From a virus (lineage: Duplodnaviria > Caudoviricetes), in IMG/VR virus record IMGVR_UViG_3300025450_001231: a DNA stretch of 64,000 bases; one strand, given 5' to 3'. The notes beneath the pieces are model-generated. The model saw only the letters and a program-made list of their open reading frames with translations. It searched no databases and was not told the origin of the DNA. This document shows, piece after piece, positions 26,646 to 39,300 of the stretch (within the stretch, counting starts at the first letter, position 1; each line of letters starts with the position of its first letter). A program made the translations under genes and the position numbers.

Positions 26646-27830
26646 ATGACACAAGCACTATTAGAAGGCCGTTGGGGCGAGACAAAAGATGCCCTGCTCG
26701 AAGGTCTAAGCGGTTCTAGAAGAACCACAATGGGTGTAATCCTTGAGAACACTCGTAAGCATTTGGCAGAAAATGCAACTGCTGGCGCAACATCCGCAGG
26801 TAACGTAGCAACACTTAACCGTGTTATTCTACCAGTTATCCGTCGTGTTATGCCTACAGTTATTGCCAATGAAATCGTTGGCGTTCAACCAATGACTGGA
26901 CCTGTAGCACAGATCCATACATTGCGTGTTCGCTATGCAGATACAGTAACAAGTTCGGCAGCAAGTCCATTCGACACTAGCGCATCAGCTGGTGACGAGG
27001 CATTGAGCCCATTCAAAATTGCTACTGCATACTCAGGTAGTACTGCTACTGGACGTGCTTCAAGCACAAGTTCATTAGAGGGTCAACCAGGTAAGCGTAT
27101 CAATGTTCAAATCTTGAAACAAGTTGTTGAGGCTAAAACTCGCAAGTTGTCAGCACGTTGGACATTTGAAGCAGCTCAAGATGCACAATCAATGCACGGT
27201 TTAGATATCGAAGCAGAGATTATGGCAGCTTTGGCACAAGAAATCACAGTTGAAATTGACCAAGAGATCCTAGGATCACTACGTTCATTGGCAGCTACTG
27301 ATTACGCTTTTGACCAAGCCGCAGTATCAGGTACAGCTACATTCGTAGGTGACGAGCACGCCGCTTTGGCAGTGTTGGTTAACCGCGCAGCTAACTTGAT
27401 TGCTCAACGCACACGTCGTGGCGCAGGTAACTGGGCAGTTGTATCACCAGCAGCTTTGACAGTATTGCAATCTGCAACTACTTCAGCTTTTGCTCGTACA
27501 ACAGAAGGTACATTTGAAGCACCTACAAACACTAAGTTTGTTGGTACATTGAACGGCGCAATGAGAATTTATGTTGACGGTTATGCAAATGACTCAACTG
27601 CAGTTCTAGTTGGATATAAAGGTTCTAGCGAAGCTGATGCAGCTGCGTTCTATTGCCCATATATTCCATTGATGAGTTCTGGAGTTGTTCTTGACCCAAG
27701 TACATTCGAACCAGTAGTTGGCTTTATGACACGTTATGGATACGTAGAGTTAACAAATACTGCTTCGTCTTTGGGCAATGCAGGCGACTACTTGAGTGAA
27801 ATCAGTGTAGCAAATCTTTCTTTCCAATAA
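26646..27830 (+). CDS. gp23: major capsid protein, T4 gp23-like (394 aa)
   Basis: VILPVIRRVMPTVIANEIVGVQPMTGPVAQI, KTRKLSARWTFEAAQD, EITVEIDQEI, FYCPYIPL, TRYG. Possible gp21 cleavage at HLAE/NA. Confidence 0.97.
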   Translation: MTQALLEGRWGETKDALLEGLSGSRRTTMGVILENTRKHLAENATAGATSAGNVATLNRVILPVIRRVMPTVIANEIVGVQPMTGPVAQIHTLRVRYADTVTSSAASPFDTSASAGDEALSPFKIATAYSGSTATGRASSTSSLEGQPGKRINVQILKQVVEAKTRKLSARWTFEAAQDAQSMHGLDIEAEIMAALAQEITVEIDQEILGSLRSLAATDYAFDQAAVSGTATFVGDEHAALAVLVNRAANLIAQRTRRGAGNWAVVSPAALTVLQSATTSAFARTTEGTFEAPTNTKFVGTLNGAMRIYVDGYANDSTAVLVGYKGSSEADAAAFYCPYIPLMSSGVVLDPSTFEPVVGFMTRYGYVELTNTASSLGNAGDYLSEISVANLSFQ

Positions 27831-27873
27831 TATTGGAAAAAAACTTTTTACCCTCGGGATGGGAAGTTACATT

Positions 27874-27900
27874 AAAGGACCGCAATTGCGGTCCTTTTTT
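27874..27900 (+). terminator. intrinsic terminator after the capsid gene
   Basis: AAAGGACCGC-AATT-GCGGTCCTTT followed by a T run. Confidence 0.85.
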
Positions 27901-27938
27901 GTTGGCTTGATAAATAATACTAACATAGGAATTTAATT

Positions 27939-28667
27939 ATGTCATTACCATATGGAGTTAAAGTTGAATCAGGTATCGTGGTTGGTCCTGGAATATTTAT
28001 TGGACTTGGTCAAGGTTCGTCTGGCATCTCTGCACCAGTTGCATCAGATTTTGCGGTAGGCCCTAATCCACCTAACGGACTAGTAGTAGGATATTCGTTA
28101 GGATTATCTACCAACATTACAGGTAGTTATAACAGTGTTACTATATTAACTCAAACAGGATCTGGTAGTGCAGTAGTTTCTGGTACAGACATATTATACA
28201 GCGGAAGCCCTTCTGGAAATCACAGCACTTTGACTATAACGTATACAGTAACTGGACCAGGCGGAACATCAAATATAGGAACTATTACAGTTGAAAATGG
28301 ATGTTGTATAGTAGCCAGTGCATTAACTGCACAAGGTTTATGGACATCGAGACAGTACAAAGCACTTAACATTTGGGGTGCAGAAGTACTTGACAAGTCG
28401 TTTGCTGGCCGCGCATTGCACAAAGGTTATCACATAATTGCTCCTAAGGTAGTAATACCGGCAATCAAACAACAAGGCACCTTAAAAGCAAAATACTTTA
28501 AGTGGAGTTTTGATAACGCTACTAAAATGTTAAGAGGTAAAAAATACGATAAACTTTCAATCGTAAATAGTGCAGTATGGATTGGTGTAATGACTATTAC
28601 TGGTTTATTTACTAAACAAGAACAAGCTGATAAGTCTTGGAAATCAATTTATAAGGATACAAAATAA
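27939..28667 (+). CDS. Ig-like domain plus CFI-box-CTERM-like C-terminal domain (242 aa); candidate virion decoration protein
   Basis: TLTITYTVTGPGGTSNIGTITV (Ig-like strand pattern), then GCCIVASAL...GRALHKGYHIIAP. TAAATA at 27911-27916. Confidence 0.55.
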   Translation: MSLPYGVKVESGIVVGPGIFIGLGQGSSGISAPVASDFAVGPNPPNGLVVGYSLGLSTNITGSYNSVTILTQTGSGSAVVSGTDILYSGSPSGNHSTLTITYTVTGPGGTSNIGTITVENGCCIVASALTAQGLWTSRQYKALNIWGAEVLDKSFAGRALHKGYHIIAPKVVIPAIKQQGTLKAKYFKWSFDNATKMLRGKKYDKLSIVNSAVWIGVMTITGLFTKQEQADKSWKSIYKDTK

Positions 28668-28963
28668 TGGCAACAATTAATAGTACAATCGATAATTGTG
28701 TACTACACAATATATTAAGTAATGCAGCAACTTCACCTGATTATAAAAGTCACGCAGATAAGCTAACTGCATTTGCTAACTTGTTGCCACAATCTGTAGT
28801 TGATCAGTATTATACTAAATCAAAACAAATTATAGATAGTAAGAAATATACTCCTGAGCAATTTGCAAGTATGTATCAGCAAAAGATTATTCCTTTAGTT
28901 GAAACAAGCGTCGACGAAACAGTATTTGCATCTCAATTATTGAGTCTATTGGATACATTATAA
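28667..28963 (+). CDS. hypothetical helical protein (98 aa)
   Basis: Coupled TAATG start; VVDQYYTKSKQII...MYQQKIIPLV resembles the helical half of a CFI-box-CTERM domain. Confidence 0.6.
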   Translation: MATINSTIDNCVLHNILSNAATSPDYKSHADKLTAFANLLPQSVVDQYYTKSKQIIDSKKYTPEQFASMYQQKIIPLVETSVDETVFASQLLSLLDTL

Positions 28964-29114
28964 AATTAAAGGAAAAATATAATTAAAAACTAATTAGTAT
29001 CGATAGATTTTTGCCATTTTAAGTAAATAAGTATGTTCACACTCTGAAATGAGTGTTCTCGGAGCAGCCACTTCGGGTAGCTTAGAACGCTAACATACTA
29101 TAAAGGAAAATAAA

Positions 29115-29855
29115 ATGGCAAAATTAAAAATCTCTAAAACAACTTCAGTAAGCGGAGTTACTTATCCCCAACCACGTACAGATCGTCAGACTGGACCAGA
29201 AACAATTACCAGCAACGGTGTAACAGGTCACCCAGGTAGTGTTGGTGGTATATACACACAAGCTGGAGCACAAATACACGCACAAGTAAACACAGGCAAT
29301 GGTCCTACTAACGGTAGTATTTTGCGTCAAAAAGGTGCGCACAAGTTTTTATGTACTGACGGTACAAGCAAAAAAGTTTGCAAACTAGTACCAAGTCGTG
29401 TACCAGACGGCGGCCCAGGACAAATGAGTATCCCAGTTTACACAACGGTATTCAGCGGCAATATTGCTGACACAGTAGGTAATGCAACATCATCATATTT
29501 GTACTATCAAGTATCAAGTATTGTTGGTGATGCTAGTGGTATTAAAATTGGTGCAAACATTCACAACATTCAGCAAAGTATTAACGGTAATGTAGTTATT
29601 ACAGCCATTAATGCAACAGTTGGTAATATTGGTAATGTTACAGTTAACTTCAGTTTACAAGATGGAGATCCCCCAAGTGGTGTTTATATTATGGAAGCAG
29701 GTTTCTTTGCTAGCCGTATTACAAATCGTTGGGTCTATGATTTTAACGGTAACAAATATCGTTATTGGAGTCAGTTACCAACAACTGCAAAACCATACCA
29801 CGTGGACGCAGCAGCGGGTACTGTAGGTTTTGTACAAATTCCTGATGCTGTATAA
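29115..29855 (+). CDS. hypothetical structural protein (246 aa)
   Basis: Strong SD AAGGA, own TAAATA (29024-29029) and own terminator; ILRQKGAHKFL motif. Confidence 0.7.
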   Translation: MAKLKISKTTSVSGVTYPQPRTDRQTGPETITSNGVTGHPGSVGGIYTQAGAQIHAQVNTGNGPTNGSILRQKGAHKFLCTDGTSKKVCKLVPSRVPDGGPGQMSIPVYTTVFSGNIADTVGNATSSYLYYQVSSIVGDASGIKIGANIHNIQQSINGNVVITAINATVGNIGNVTVNFSLQDGDPPSGVYIMEAGFFASRITNRWVYDFNGNKYRYWSQLPTTAKPYHVDAAAGTVGFVQIPDAV

Positions 29856-29891
29856 AACACAAAAATAAATAATTTTTGATAAAATGCAAAT

Positions 29892-29913
29892 AGGGCTGGT
29901 AACAGCCTTTTTT
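29892..29913 (+). terminator. intrinsic terminator
   Basis: AGGGCTG-GTAA-CAGCCTT stem with a GNRA loop and T6 tail. Confidence 0.8.
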
Positions 29914-29955
29914 GCTTTGTTGATAACGGAATAAATATCTAAAACAGGATAATTC

Positions 29956-32900
29956 ATGAGCTCGAATGACAATATATCGTCTGGTAATTACAATCTCACC
30001 ACTTTAGATCCAACTGGTAATGTAGTTGTTACTACTAAAGACTTTGTTATTAACGGTAATTTAATTGTTAATGGTAGTTCAGGATTGGTTACATCAGTGG
30101 GACCAACTGGTCCAACAGGCCCAGCAGGACCTGCAGGTCCGTCAGGTAGCCCTGGTCCGTCAGGACCAAGAGGGCCATCAGGACCGTCGGGGCCTACTGG
30201 TGCAGGAGTACAAGGACCACAAGGACCAAGCGGCTCATTGGGACCATCAGGACCAAGCGGACCATCAGGACCGTCAGGGCCTACTGGTGCAGGAGTACAA
30301 GGACCACAAGGACCAAGCGGCTCGGTAGGACCATTAGGACCAAGCGGACCATCAGGCCCTAGCGGCCCTGCAGGACCAAGCGGACCATCGGGACAATTTG
30401 GACAAGACGGTAAACTTGGACCGCAAGGACCACAAGGTCCCAGTGGTTTAGATAGTACAGTACCAGGCCCACAAGGACCACAAGGACCGGCCGGTACTAG
30501 CGTAGAAATTCAAGGGTCTGTTGCAGTTTACACTGCACTTCCGAGTTCTGGACAAACATTAGGTTGGGGATACATAACATCTGATACTGGACATTTATGG
30601 GTTTATACTGGAACAAGTACAACAGATTCAACACATCATAATGGATTCTTAGATGTAGGAAATATTACCGGACCGACAGGCGCTCAAGGACCGCAAGGAC
30701 CAACTGGAATTCAAGGAAATACAGGAGCACAAGGTCCACAAGGCATACAAGGAAATACTGGAGCACAAGGACCGCAAGGCATCCAAGGGCCAACAGGAAT
30801 TCAAGGAAATACTGGAGCACAAGGACCCCAAGGCATCCAAGGGCCGACTGGAATTCAAGGAAATACTGGAGCACAAGGACCAACAGGTGTACAAGGACCA
30901 ACTGGTGTACAAGGCCCTACTGGTGTACAAGGACCGCAAGGACCACAAGGACCAATTGGACTAGACGGAGCACAAGGATTACAAGGACCGCAAGGACCAC
31001 AAGGACCATCGGGTCCACAAGGTACTCAAGGAAATCAAGGATTATCTGGTGTACAAGGACCACAAGGACCAACTGGTGCACAAGGACCAAGCGGTCCACA
31101 AGGAGCCGCTAGTACAGTACCAGGACCACAGGGACCGACTGGAATAGGCGTACAAGGACCACAGGGACCACAAGGCGTACAAGGGCCAAGCGGATCACAA
31201 GGCCTAACTGGAATCCAAGGAAATACTGGAGCACAAGGACCGCAAGGTGTTCAAGGACCAACTGGTGTACAAGGGCCACAAGGTCCTTCTGGTCTTACTT
31301 TTACTAATGTATATAGTACTGATACTTTTAGTTTAGCCAATCCTGCTGGATCTCCTACATTTACAGTTAATCAACTTGGAGCTTTTCAAGTTGGTAATAG
31401 AATTCGTGTCTGGAACAGTGATTATAACTTTTTTGAAGGCACATTAGCTAATATTAATATAGATAACGGGTATAGTAATTTACATTGGCAAGTAACCAGC
31501 GATTATGTAAAAACTTCAGGAGTTCCTAAATCTTTTTGGAGTGTTAGTCTAGTAGGGGAATACGGCTCGCAAGGGCCCCAAGGACCACAAGGTCCAATTG
31601 GTCCAATTGGACTAGACGGTGTACAAGGACCACAAGGCACACAAGGACCAAGCGGACCATCAGGACCAAGCGGACCACAAGGCCCCAGTGGAGTCAGTAA
31701 TGTACCCGGACCACAAGGACCACAAGGTCCTAGCGGAGCAGGTGTTCAAGGCCCAACTGGTGCGCAAGGGCCACAAGGACCATCGGGCCCAAGCGGTCCG
31801 CAAGGTCCAAGCGGAGTTAGTAATGTACCCGGACCACAAGGACCAACGGGTATACAAGGACCAACGGGTATACAAGGACCACAAGGCCCACAAGGATTCA
31901 CTGGATTTACAGGCCCAAGTGGCCCACAAGGTCCAAGTGGCCCACAAGGTCCAAGTGGAGTTCAAGGACCACAAGGCGTTCAAGGACCAAGCGGACCACA
32001 AGGATCTGCTAGTACAGTACCGGGTCCACAAGGCGCGCAAGGACCAACTGGTGTACAAGGACCGACTGGAGTACAGGGTGCACAAGGACCAACTGGAGCA
32101 CAAGGACCACAAGGACCACAAGGAGCCGCTAGTACAGTACCAGGACCGCAAGGACCACAAGGACCAAGTGGTCCACAAGGAGCCAAAGGATCGAGCGGAA
32201 CTGGAGAATGGTATCCTGTATTTTCTGCAGGTGTATCTACTCCGTATGTTCAAGTAACACCTTATGTATTTGAAAATTATAGTTCAACTCCAGAAACTTG
32301 GACAGATTTTATATATTCACAAGAAGGATATGTCAACGGAGCATATACTGCAATAACTCCAATGATTCAAACTTCTCCAAATGTTACATATACTATGTCA
32401 GCTGGTTTAACCAGTACTAGTAGTATAACCACAGTAAATGGTTTAGTTGGATCACCTGCAAATAGATATATCTATATAGATTATGGTTTTTACATAACAA
32501 CAATCAATAATACCGGAACTTATCTTATATACGAAGACGGCGCATATCAAAATGTCACCGGTTCTTGGTCAGCAGGTGATCAGTTGTATGTAATCTATGA
32601 TGGATTAAATGTCAAGTATTATTATAATAATACTTTGCTTAGAACAGTTGCTAGAAGCACAGGTTCTGCACTACATCATGCTGGTACATTAAAAAGTATC
32701 TATGCATCTTATCGTGCTTCTTTTGGACCTAACGGACAGTCAGGAGTACAAGGACCACAAGGACCACAAGGCCCTGGCGGGACAGGACCACAAGGACCAC
32801 AAGGACCACAAGGCCCAAGCGGAGTAAATGGAACATCAGGCACACAAGGACCGCAAGGCCCACAGGGACCCAGTGGATTAAATGGACCACAAGGCCCTAG

Positions 32901-35268
32901 TGGATTGAACGGCCCACAGGGACCACAAGGCCCAAGCGGAGTAAATGGAACATCAGGTACACAAGGTCCACAGGGACCCAGCGGATTAAATGGACCACAA
33001 GGACCCAGCGGATTAAATGGGCCACAAGGACCGCAAGGACCGCAAGGACCAAATTTAACTGTTAGCAGTACTGCACCTGTCTCGCCTAATGTGGGTGCAC
33101 TATGGTACAATACCAATACCGGACGAACTTATGTTTACTACGAATCTTATTGGATAGATTCTAGTCCAGCCGAAATGGGACCACAAGGTCCAACAGGACC
33201 ACAAGGTAGTGCTGGTAATACAGGACCACAAGGGCCTACTGGAGCGCAAGGACCACAAGGACCAACCGGAATAGGCCAGCAGGGATTGCAAGGACCACAA
33301 GGTGTACAAGGACCGCAAGGAACTATCGGAGCAAGTACTTGGACACCTGTAGTTAATCCTGCTGGAAATGCGATTCAAAATGGTACAAATGGATTACAAT
33401 ATACCAAAGTAGCAGGAACCAATGGAACGTTTGATACACAGGTATACAGTACCCAAGGTTTTGTTTTTGGTGCGTATGCAAGTGCCAGTGGATCAAGTAC
33501 TACTAACTTAGGTATAATGTTTGGTCTAAGCCAACAATCAAACCTAACACTCAATGTAGGATCTCCTCCTACACCTGCAATTGATTATGCTTGGTATTTT
33601 ATTAATGGTACTGCTATTGTATATTTGAATGGAACTAATAGCGGTACACAATTTTCATATATTACATCAGATGTATTTACAATAACATACGATGGGTCTA
33701 TTGTAAAATTCTTTAAGAATGGAGCGTTTGTTTATTCTGTAGCAAGATACCCTGGTGCTGCTTTGTACTTTGCAAGTAGCTTTACCACATTGAACGGAAG
33801 TCTTACTAACATAGCTTTTGGACCAATGGGCACAGGCCCACAAGGACCGAGCGGTGTGCAAGGACCAACAGGACCACAAGGAGTACAAGGACCAACTGGA
33901 GTACAAGGACCACAAGGACCAAGCGGTCCTCAAGGAGCAGCTAGTTCAGTTCCTGGGCCACAAGGACCGACTGGGATAGGTGTACAAGGACCGCAAGGAC
34001 CGCAAGGACCACAAGGAACCGTTGGACCACAAGGACCATCGGGTCCAACCGGAATAGGTGTACAAGGACCACAAGGAACCGTCGGACCACAAGGACCGCA
34101 AGGACCACAGGGAGCTGCTGGTAACGGATCTTGGACACCTGTATTAGTTGGCACCGCAGTCCAAAGTACTGCAACTGGCTATACTTTTAGCAAAACAGGT
34201 GCAACTACTGCTTACGACAGTCAGGTATATAGTGTACAAGGATATCTAAACGGATCTTTTTGTTCTTTTAGAGCATCTAACACTAATCAAATATATGCTG
34301 GCTTGGCGTTGAATCCTACTAGCGGGACTACTCCTGCATATTTAGACTACGGATTTAATTTAGTTGGTGGCACATATATAATATATGAAGCTGGTTCTAG
34401 CACTGGTATTACTGGTTCTTATAGTGTTGGTACCATATTTACAATAGTGTTTGATGGTAGTTATGTAAGATATTATGTAAGTGGATCGAGTTCGTCTGTC
34501 AGAACTGTAGCGGCTTCTCTTCCATATAATCCATTGTATTTTAGTGCTTTATTTTACCAACAAAATTCAGGAATAAACTCTGCGGTGTTTGGCGCAGTTG
34601 CACAAGGCGCAGCCGGGCCACAAGGCCCACAAGGACCAATTGGTCCTATAGGAAATATTGGACCACAAGGCCCAGCAGGCCCAGCAGGCCCATCCGGGCC
34701 ACAAGGCCCAGCAGGTAGTGCAGGTCCAGCAGGTAGTGCAGGTCCAGCAGGTCCAGCAGGTAGTACAGGTCCAGCAGGCCCAGCAGGTAGTACAGGTCCA
34801 GCAGGCCCAGCTGGTCCAGGTCTTCCTACAGGAGGAACAGCTGGGCAAGTATTATTCAAAAATAGTACTACAAATTATGATTACTCATGGAGTTACGGTG
34901 CAAGAGACTATATTGCTGTTGCTTGCGGTGACGAGTCTACACCAATCGCAACAGGTTCACCTGTTGTGATGACTTTTAGGTTGCCTTTTGCTTGTACATT
35001 ATGGCAACCGCCTAGAATAAGTGTAACTACCCCATTATACTCCGGAACTTTGACTGTTGGAATAATATATGGTGGCCCAGTTGCTCCCACTCAGTTATGT
35101 AGTATTAGCCCAACTTTGTCTACTGGTGCTTACAGTTCAGTCGGGCAAAATACCCAATTGGCAGTAACATCATTGCCCGATGATACACAAATTCAAATTC
35201 AATTGACAGGAACGTACAGCGGTGGAGCTGGCTTAAAAGTAATACTTTATATACAAAAAAATGCTTAA
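29956..35268 (+). CDS. collagen-like fibre protein with three repeated beta-sandwich (SPRY/ConA-like) domains (1770 aa)
   Basis: Seven long Gly-X-Y tracts ([15 protein letters not shown]) alternating with globular domains; three paralogous W.PV...YS.QG...DY...YDG..V.YY..FG modules. TAAATA at 29932-29937. Confidence 0.85.
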   Translation: MSSNDNISSGNYNLTTLDPTGNVVVTTKDFVINGNLIVNGSSGLVTSVGPTGPTGPAGPAGPSGSPGPSGPRGPSGPSGPTGAGVQGPQGPSGSLGPSGPSGPSGPSGPTGAGVQGPQGPSGSVGPLGPSGPSGPSGPAGPSGPSGQFGQDGKLGPQGPQGPSGLDSTVPGPQGPQGPAGTSVEIQGSVAVYTALPSSGQTLGWGYITSDTGHLWVYTGTSTTDSTHHNGFLDVGNITGPTGAQGPQGPTGIQGNTGAQGPQGIQGNTGAQGPQGIQGPTGIQGNTGAQGPQGIQGPTGIQGNTGAQGPTGVQGPTGVQGPTGVQGPQGPQGPIGLDGAQGLQGPQGPQGPSGPQGTQGNQGLSGVQGPQGPTGAQGPSGPQGAASTVPGPQGPTGIGVQGPQGPQGVQGPSGSQGLTGIQGNTGAQGPQGVQGPTGVQGPQGPSGLTFTNVYSTDTFSLANPAGSPTFTVNQLGAFQVGNRIRVWNSDYNFFEGTLANINIDNGYSNLHWQVTSDYVKTSGVPKSFWSVSLVGEYGSQGPQGPQGPIGPIGLDGVQGPQGTQGPSGPSGPSGPQGPSGVSNVPGPQGPQGPSGAGVQGPTGAQGPQGPSGPSGPQGPSGVSNVPGPQGPTGIQGPTGIQGPQGPQGFTGFTGPSGPQGPSGPQGPSGVQGPQGVQGPSGPQGSASTVPGPQGAQGPTGVQGPTGVQGAQGPTGAQGPQGPQGAASTVPGPQGPQGPSGPQGAKGSSGTGEWYPVFSAGVSTPYVQVTPYVFENYSSTPETWTDFIYSQEGYVNGAYTAITPMIQTSPNVTYTMSAGLTSTSSITTVNGLVGSPANRYIYIDYGFYITTINNTGTYLIYEDGAYQNVTGSWSAGDQLYVIYDGLNVKYYYNNTLLRTVARSTGSALHHAGTLKSIYASYRASFGPNGQSGVQGPQGPQGPGGTGPQGPQGPQGPSGVNGTSGTQGPQGPQGPSGLNGPQGPSGLNGPQGPQGPSGVNGTSGTQGPQGPSGLNGPQGPSGLNGPQGPQGPQGPNLTVSSTAPVSPNVGALWYNTNTGRTYVYYESYWIDSSPAEMGPQGPTGPQGSAGNTGPQGPTGAQGPQGPTGIGQQGLQGPQGVQGPQGTIGASTWTPVVNPAGNAIQNGTNGLQYTKVAGTNGTFDTQVYSTQGFVFGAYASASGSSTTNLGIMFGLSQQSNLTLNVGSPPTPAIDYAWYFINGTAIVYLNGTNSGTQFSYITSDVFTITYDGSIVKFFKNGAFVYSVARYPGAALYFASSFTTLNGSLTNIAFGPMGTGPQGPSGVQGPTGPQGVQGPTGVQGPQGPSGPQGAASSVPGPQGPTGIGVQGPQGPQGPQGTVGPQGPSGPTGIGVQGPQGTVGPQGPQGPQGAAGNGSWTPVLVGTAVQSTATGYTFSKTGATTAYDSQVYSVQGYLNGSFCSFRASNTNQIYAGLALNPTSGTTPAYLDYGFNLVGGTYIIYEAGSSTGITGSYSVGTIFTIVFDGSYVRYYVSGSSSSVRTVAASLPYNPLYFSALFYQQNSGINSAVFGAVAQGAAGPQGPQGPIGPIGNIGPQGPAGPAGPSGPQGPAGSAGPAGSAGPAGPAGSTGPAGPAGSTGPAGPAGPGLPTGGTAGQVLFKNSTTNYDYSWSYGARDYIAVACGDESTPIATGSPVVMTFRLPFACTLWQPPRISVTTPLYSGTLTVGIIYGGPVAPTQLCSISPTLSTGAYSSVGQNTQLAVTSLPDDTQIQIQLTGTYSGGAGLKVILYIQKNA

Positions 35269-35295
35269 CAATTAACCAATTTATCACAATTTATT

Positions 35296-36297
35296 ATGTC
35301 ATTTTTTATTCAATTTTATGTACCATCCTCAAAAGGGGAAGCAGTATTTAATGTGCCCGGCACATACACTTTTGTGATGCCTAGTTATATAAACACAATA
35401 TCTGCATTTCTTGTTGGAGGCGGCGGTGCCGGAGGCGCCTCATATGGCGGCGGCGGTGGCGGCGGCGGTACAACTTACGGAAATAATATGTTTGTATCTC
35501 CAGGGGCAACTTATACAGTTGTAGTAGGTGCAGGTGGGGCAAATAGTGGCCAAGCTGGTGGTAATAGTTCTCTTTCTGTAAGCGGAACGACTACACCTAT
35601 GCTAAAAGCATATGGTGGTAGCGGTGGATCTGCAGGAAACAGCAATACTGGTGGTGGGGGTGGCGGTGCTGGTGGGTTTCGTTCGACAATGGAGGCAGGG
35701 GGAGTAGGGGGCAGTGCACTTAATTGTGGTTCACCTAGTTTATTTTCAGGTGGTGCAGGAGGTATAGGGGGGACCAACAATCCTCCTAATTTATGTTTTG
35801 GGTATCAATACACTTGTGGCAATGGCTCATCAGGTGGTGCAGGAGGAAGCGGCAATAGTCAAAACAATGGCGGTTCTCCAGGAAAATGGAACTCTGGTAT
35901 GGAATATTACTTTAATGTTCTTGGATATGATGAGAGCTTCTATTATTATGTTACTGCCGGCGGCGCAGCAGCTTGGAATGGTGCACAAGGAGGTGGAGGA
36001 ATAGGTCTTCATGGGAATATAGCCCCAGCAGGTCAACATGGTTTAACCAATAATCCTGCTAGTACGAACATCGTCAAAGGCGGTACTTATTGGCAGCTAA
36101 ATGGAGCCTCTGGCGGTGGATCTGGGGGATGCAATGGTGGCAGCTCTTGTGGGGGTAACTACGGCGGCGGTGGCGCTGGAAGTTATGCTGGAGGTTCTGG
36201 GGGCAGTGGAGCAGTTAAGATTGTTTACCCCGGGGGCACTAGAAAATATCCATATACTGATGTGGCAACTGACTATCATATACTAATAACTAACTAA
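35296..36297 (+). CDS. glycine-rich virion protein (333 aa)
   Basis: VFNVPGTYTFVMP...AFLVGGGGAGG...GGSGGSGAVKI pattern typical of phage glycine-rich domains. Confidence 0.75.
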   Translation: MSFFIQFYVPSSKGEAVFNVPGTYTFVMPSYINTISAFLVGGGGAGGASYGGGGGGGGTTYGNNMFVSPGATYTVVVGAGGANSGQAGGNSSLSVSGTTTPMLKAYGGSGGSAGNSNTGGGGGGAGGFRSTMEAGGVGGSALNCGSPSLFSGGAGGIGGTNNPPNLCFGYQYTCGNGSSGGAGGSGNSQNNGGSPGKWNSGMEYYFNVLGYDESFYYYVTAGGAAAWNGAQGGGGIGLHGNIAPAGQHGLTNNPASTNIVKGGTYWQLNGASGGGSGGCNGGSSCGGNYGGGGAGSYAGGSGGSGAVKIVYPGGTRKYPYTDVATDYHILITN

Positions 36298-36355
36298 TCT
36301 CAAATTCCGATTCTGCAGGTATAGCTAAATATACAAAGCCATATGAGATTACGGG

Positions 36356-39300
36356 ATGACACAACAGATAATTAACCTTGGAACCGGTCCAAATACACAG
36401 ACCGGAGAGACAATCCTAACTGCATTCGTTAAAGTTAACGACAACTTTACCGAACTTTATGCGGCTCTCCAAGGTAACGGCGCCGATAATCTAATCGGCA
36501 ACACCATAACAGCCAATAATTTTGTTACAACTGGTAACATCAGAACTGGTAATATTGCAGCTTATGGTAATATTGCTACAATAGGCAATATTATAGCCAG
36601 CGGATTCTTCTATCCCAACGGTAAATCAATACTAGGTACAGATGCAATCAACACAGATTTGTTGCCGTTAACGGGCAACATATTCAGTATAGGTTCCAAT
36701 GCATATCCATGGGCTGCAGCAACCATTGCTAATAGTATTACATTAGGTGGTCATGTATTAGAGTTTAACGCTCAAAATATTCTAACAGTTGATGGAATAC
36801 CATTTAGAGGTAGCTACAGTGATGCTAACGTAGCTGCTTATTTGCCATACTATGGCGGTCCCATAACAGTATCAAATATCTATATTAACAGTACTGATAT
36901 TACAACGGACGGGACACATTTATTTGTCAATGGTTCGTTAGTAGCTGGTAATTACAATAATTCTAATGTGGCAGCCTTTTTACCTACCTATGGTGGACAG
37001 ATATCTGCTTCTAATATTGATCTCGGCGGATACGGTATTACAACAGACGGTAATACAATATATCTAAATGGCAAGTCGATTCAAAGTAATTATGGTGATG
37101 CAAATGTAAGAGCACTGTTACCGACTTATTCCGGAAACTTAAATAGTATCAACGGAATTACAGCATCTAACCTTACTGCCAATAATGCCAGTATTAGTAA
37201 TGTACTTTATTTAGATACCAGTACAATCACTGCAGTAAAAAATACATTATATGTAAACGGTGTACCAATTACTGGTACGTATACTAACTTATCGGTTGCC
37301 GCTTATTTAGATACTTACTTGCCAGCACATAGTGGTAACTTAAATGCTATCGACAACTTAAATGCCAATACTGCAAACATCTACCAAACATTATATTTGA
37401 ATGGATCGGCGCTAACGGTTGTTAATAATCAATTGTTTGCAAACGGTGTGCCCATTACTGAAACATACAGTAATACAAACGTTCATTCATACTTGCCAAC
37501 ATATACTGGTACACTAAACAATTTAACAAGTGTTAGCAGTAATGTATTAGTAGCAACAGCCAATTTGGTATTAGATGGTGCAACACTAACAGTAGTAAAT
37601 AATCAACTATACAGTAACGGGATTCCAATTTCTGGTACTTATAGCAATGCCAACGTAGCACAGTACTTGCCAATTTATTTTGGCAATATGAATTTAGTTA
37701 ATAACTTAACTGCTAATATTGTTGAAACAGTTAAAAATCTGGTATTGGATTCTACCAGCGAAGTTGTTGGTAATATTATTCCTAGTTTAGATTTAACTTA
37801 TACCTTAGGTAATACCACAAATAGATTTAAGAGTTTATATGTCGGTGGCAATACAATTTATATTGGCAATCAATCGATATCAAGCAATGCTACACAAATT
37901 ACTCTTAGTAATGCTGTTAGCACAGGCAATGGTTTCTTTGGCGGCAATGTTTACATTTCTGGATTTGCAAATGTAACTGGAGATATTACTGCCAATAATA
38001 TAAATGCCAATACAAATATTCTTGCTGGAGGCAAAGTTGCAGTAGTTGGTACCATTGATGCGGATAGTAACATCACTGGCGCAAATTTAATCAGTAACGG
38101 CACAGTTAGTACTGGTACCTTAACAGTTGCAACAACTGCAACTGTAACTGGCAATGCTACTGTTGGAAACTTAATTACTTCAGGTAATATAAGCGGCGTT
38201 AATACATTATTTGCCAATGCTGCTAATTTAATTGGAAATCTTACTGCTGGTAATTTAACTTCTGCGGGTACGTTGACAATTGGTACAATAACTGCCAATG
38301 GCAATATAACCACAACTGGATCAATTAATTCAACTGGTGGCATAACCGGCGGAAATATTACCAGTAATGGATATGTTAGTACATCTACTTTATATGTTGC
38401 ATCTACTGCAAATATTGCAAGCAATTTAACTGCTGGTAATATATCTACCTTAGGTAATGTAGCTGCTGGTTACTTTATCGGTAATGGTAGTTTATTAACA
38501 GGAATTGATGCTACACAAATTAGATACCAATTGTTATCTAATGTAAAAGTTGGCAGTGATGGAAATATTACATTTAGTACTAATACTAATCCCAACACCG
38601 CAGTATTCAGTGATCAAGCATTTACATTCTACAGAGATTTATTTGTAGATGGTAATATTGTTGCTACCGGAAGTATTACTGCAAACGGTAATTTAATATT
38701 AGGAAATGCTGCAACTGACACAGTTCAGTTCGGAGCAGAAGTTAGCAGTGATATACTACCTAGTCTAACACTCACTTATAATTTAGGTAGTCCCGCTAAC
38801 CAATGGAAAGGTATATATGCAGGTACTGCTAATGTTACTACATTAACTGCAAGCGGAAATATAACTGCTGGTAATATTGCTACTAACGGTTCTGCAAATA
38901 TCGGAACATTAACAGTAACCAATACTGCCACAATATCAGGTAATTTGTCGGCAGGTAATATTTCTACACTGGGCAATATTACTGCTAACTCAGTTACTGC
39001 AACTGGTAACATATCTGCAGCGTACTTTAGTGGAACTTTTGTTGGTAATATTGTTAGTAATAACTTATTAGGCAATACAATTCCTTTAGGAACTCCTATA
39101 GATCAAAACTTTGTAAATGGTGCAATTGGTACTTGGACCAGTACCACTTCGGTTACTGATGCTATTGACCAATTAAACGAAGCAATGCTTAACATACAGG
39201 CCAACACATATGTTAAGAGCACAAGTTTTATTGCTACTCCTACCAGTGGTGGCGCAGGCACATTGGTTACATTAACCATTAGTTCAGTAGGAAACCCAAA

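Noticed and set aside
27836-27870. Small irregular hairpin between the capsid stop and its terminator
   Set aside because: Weak, bulged pairing; could be an mRNA-stabilising structure but cannot be supported without an alignment.
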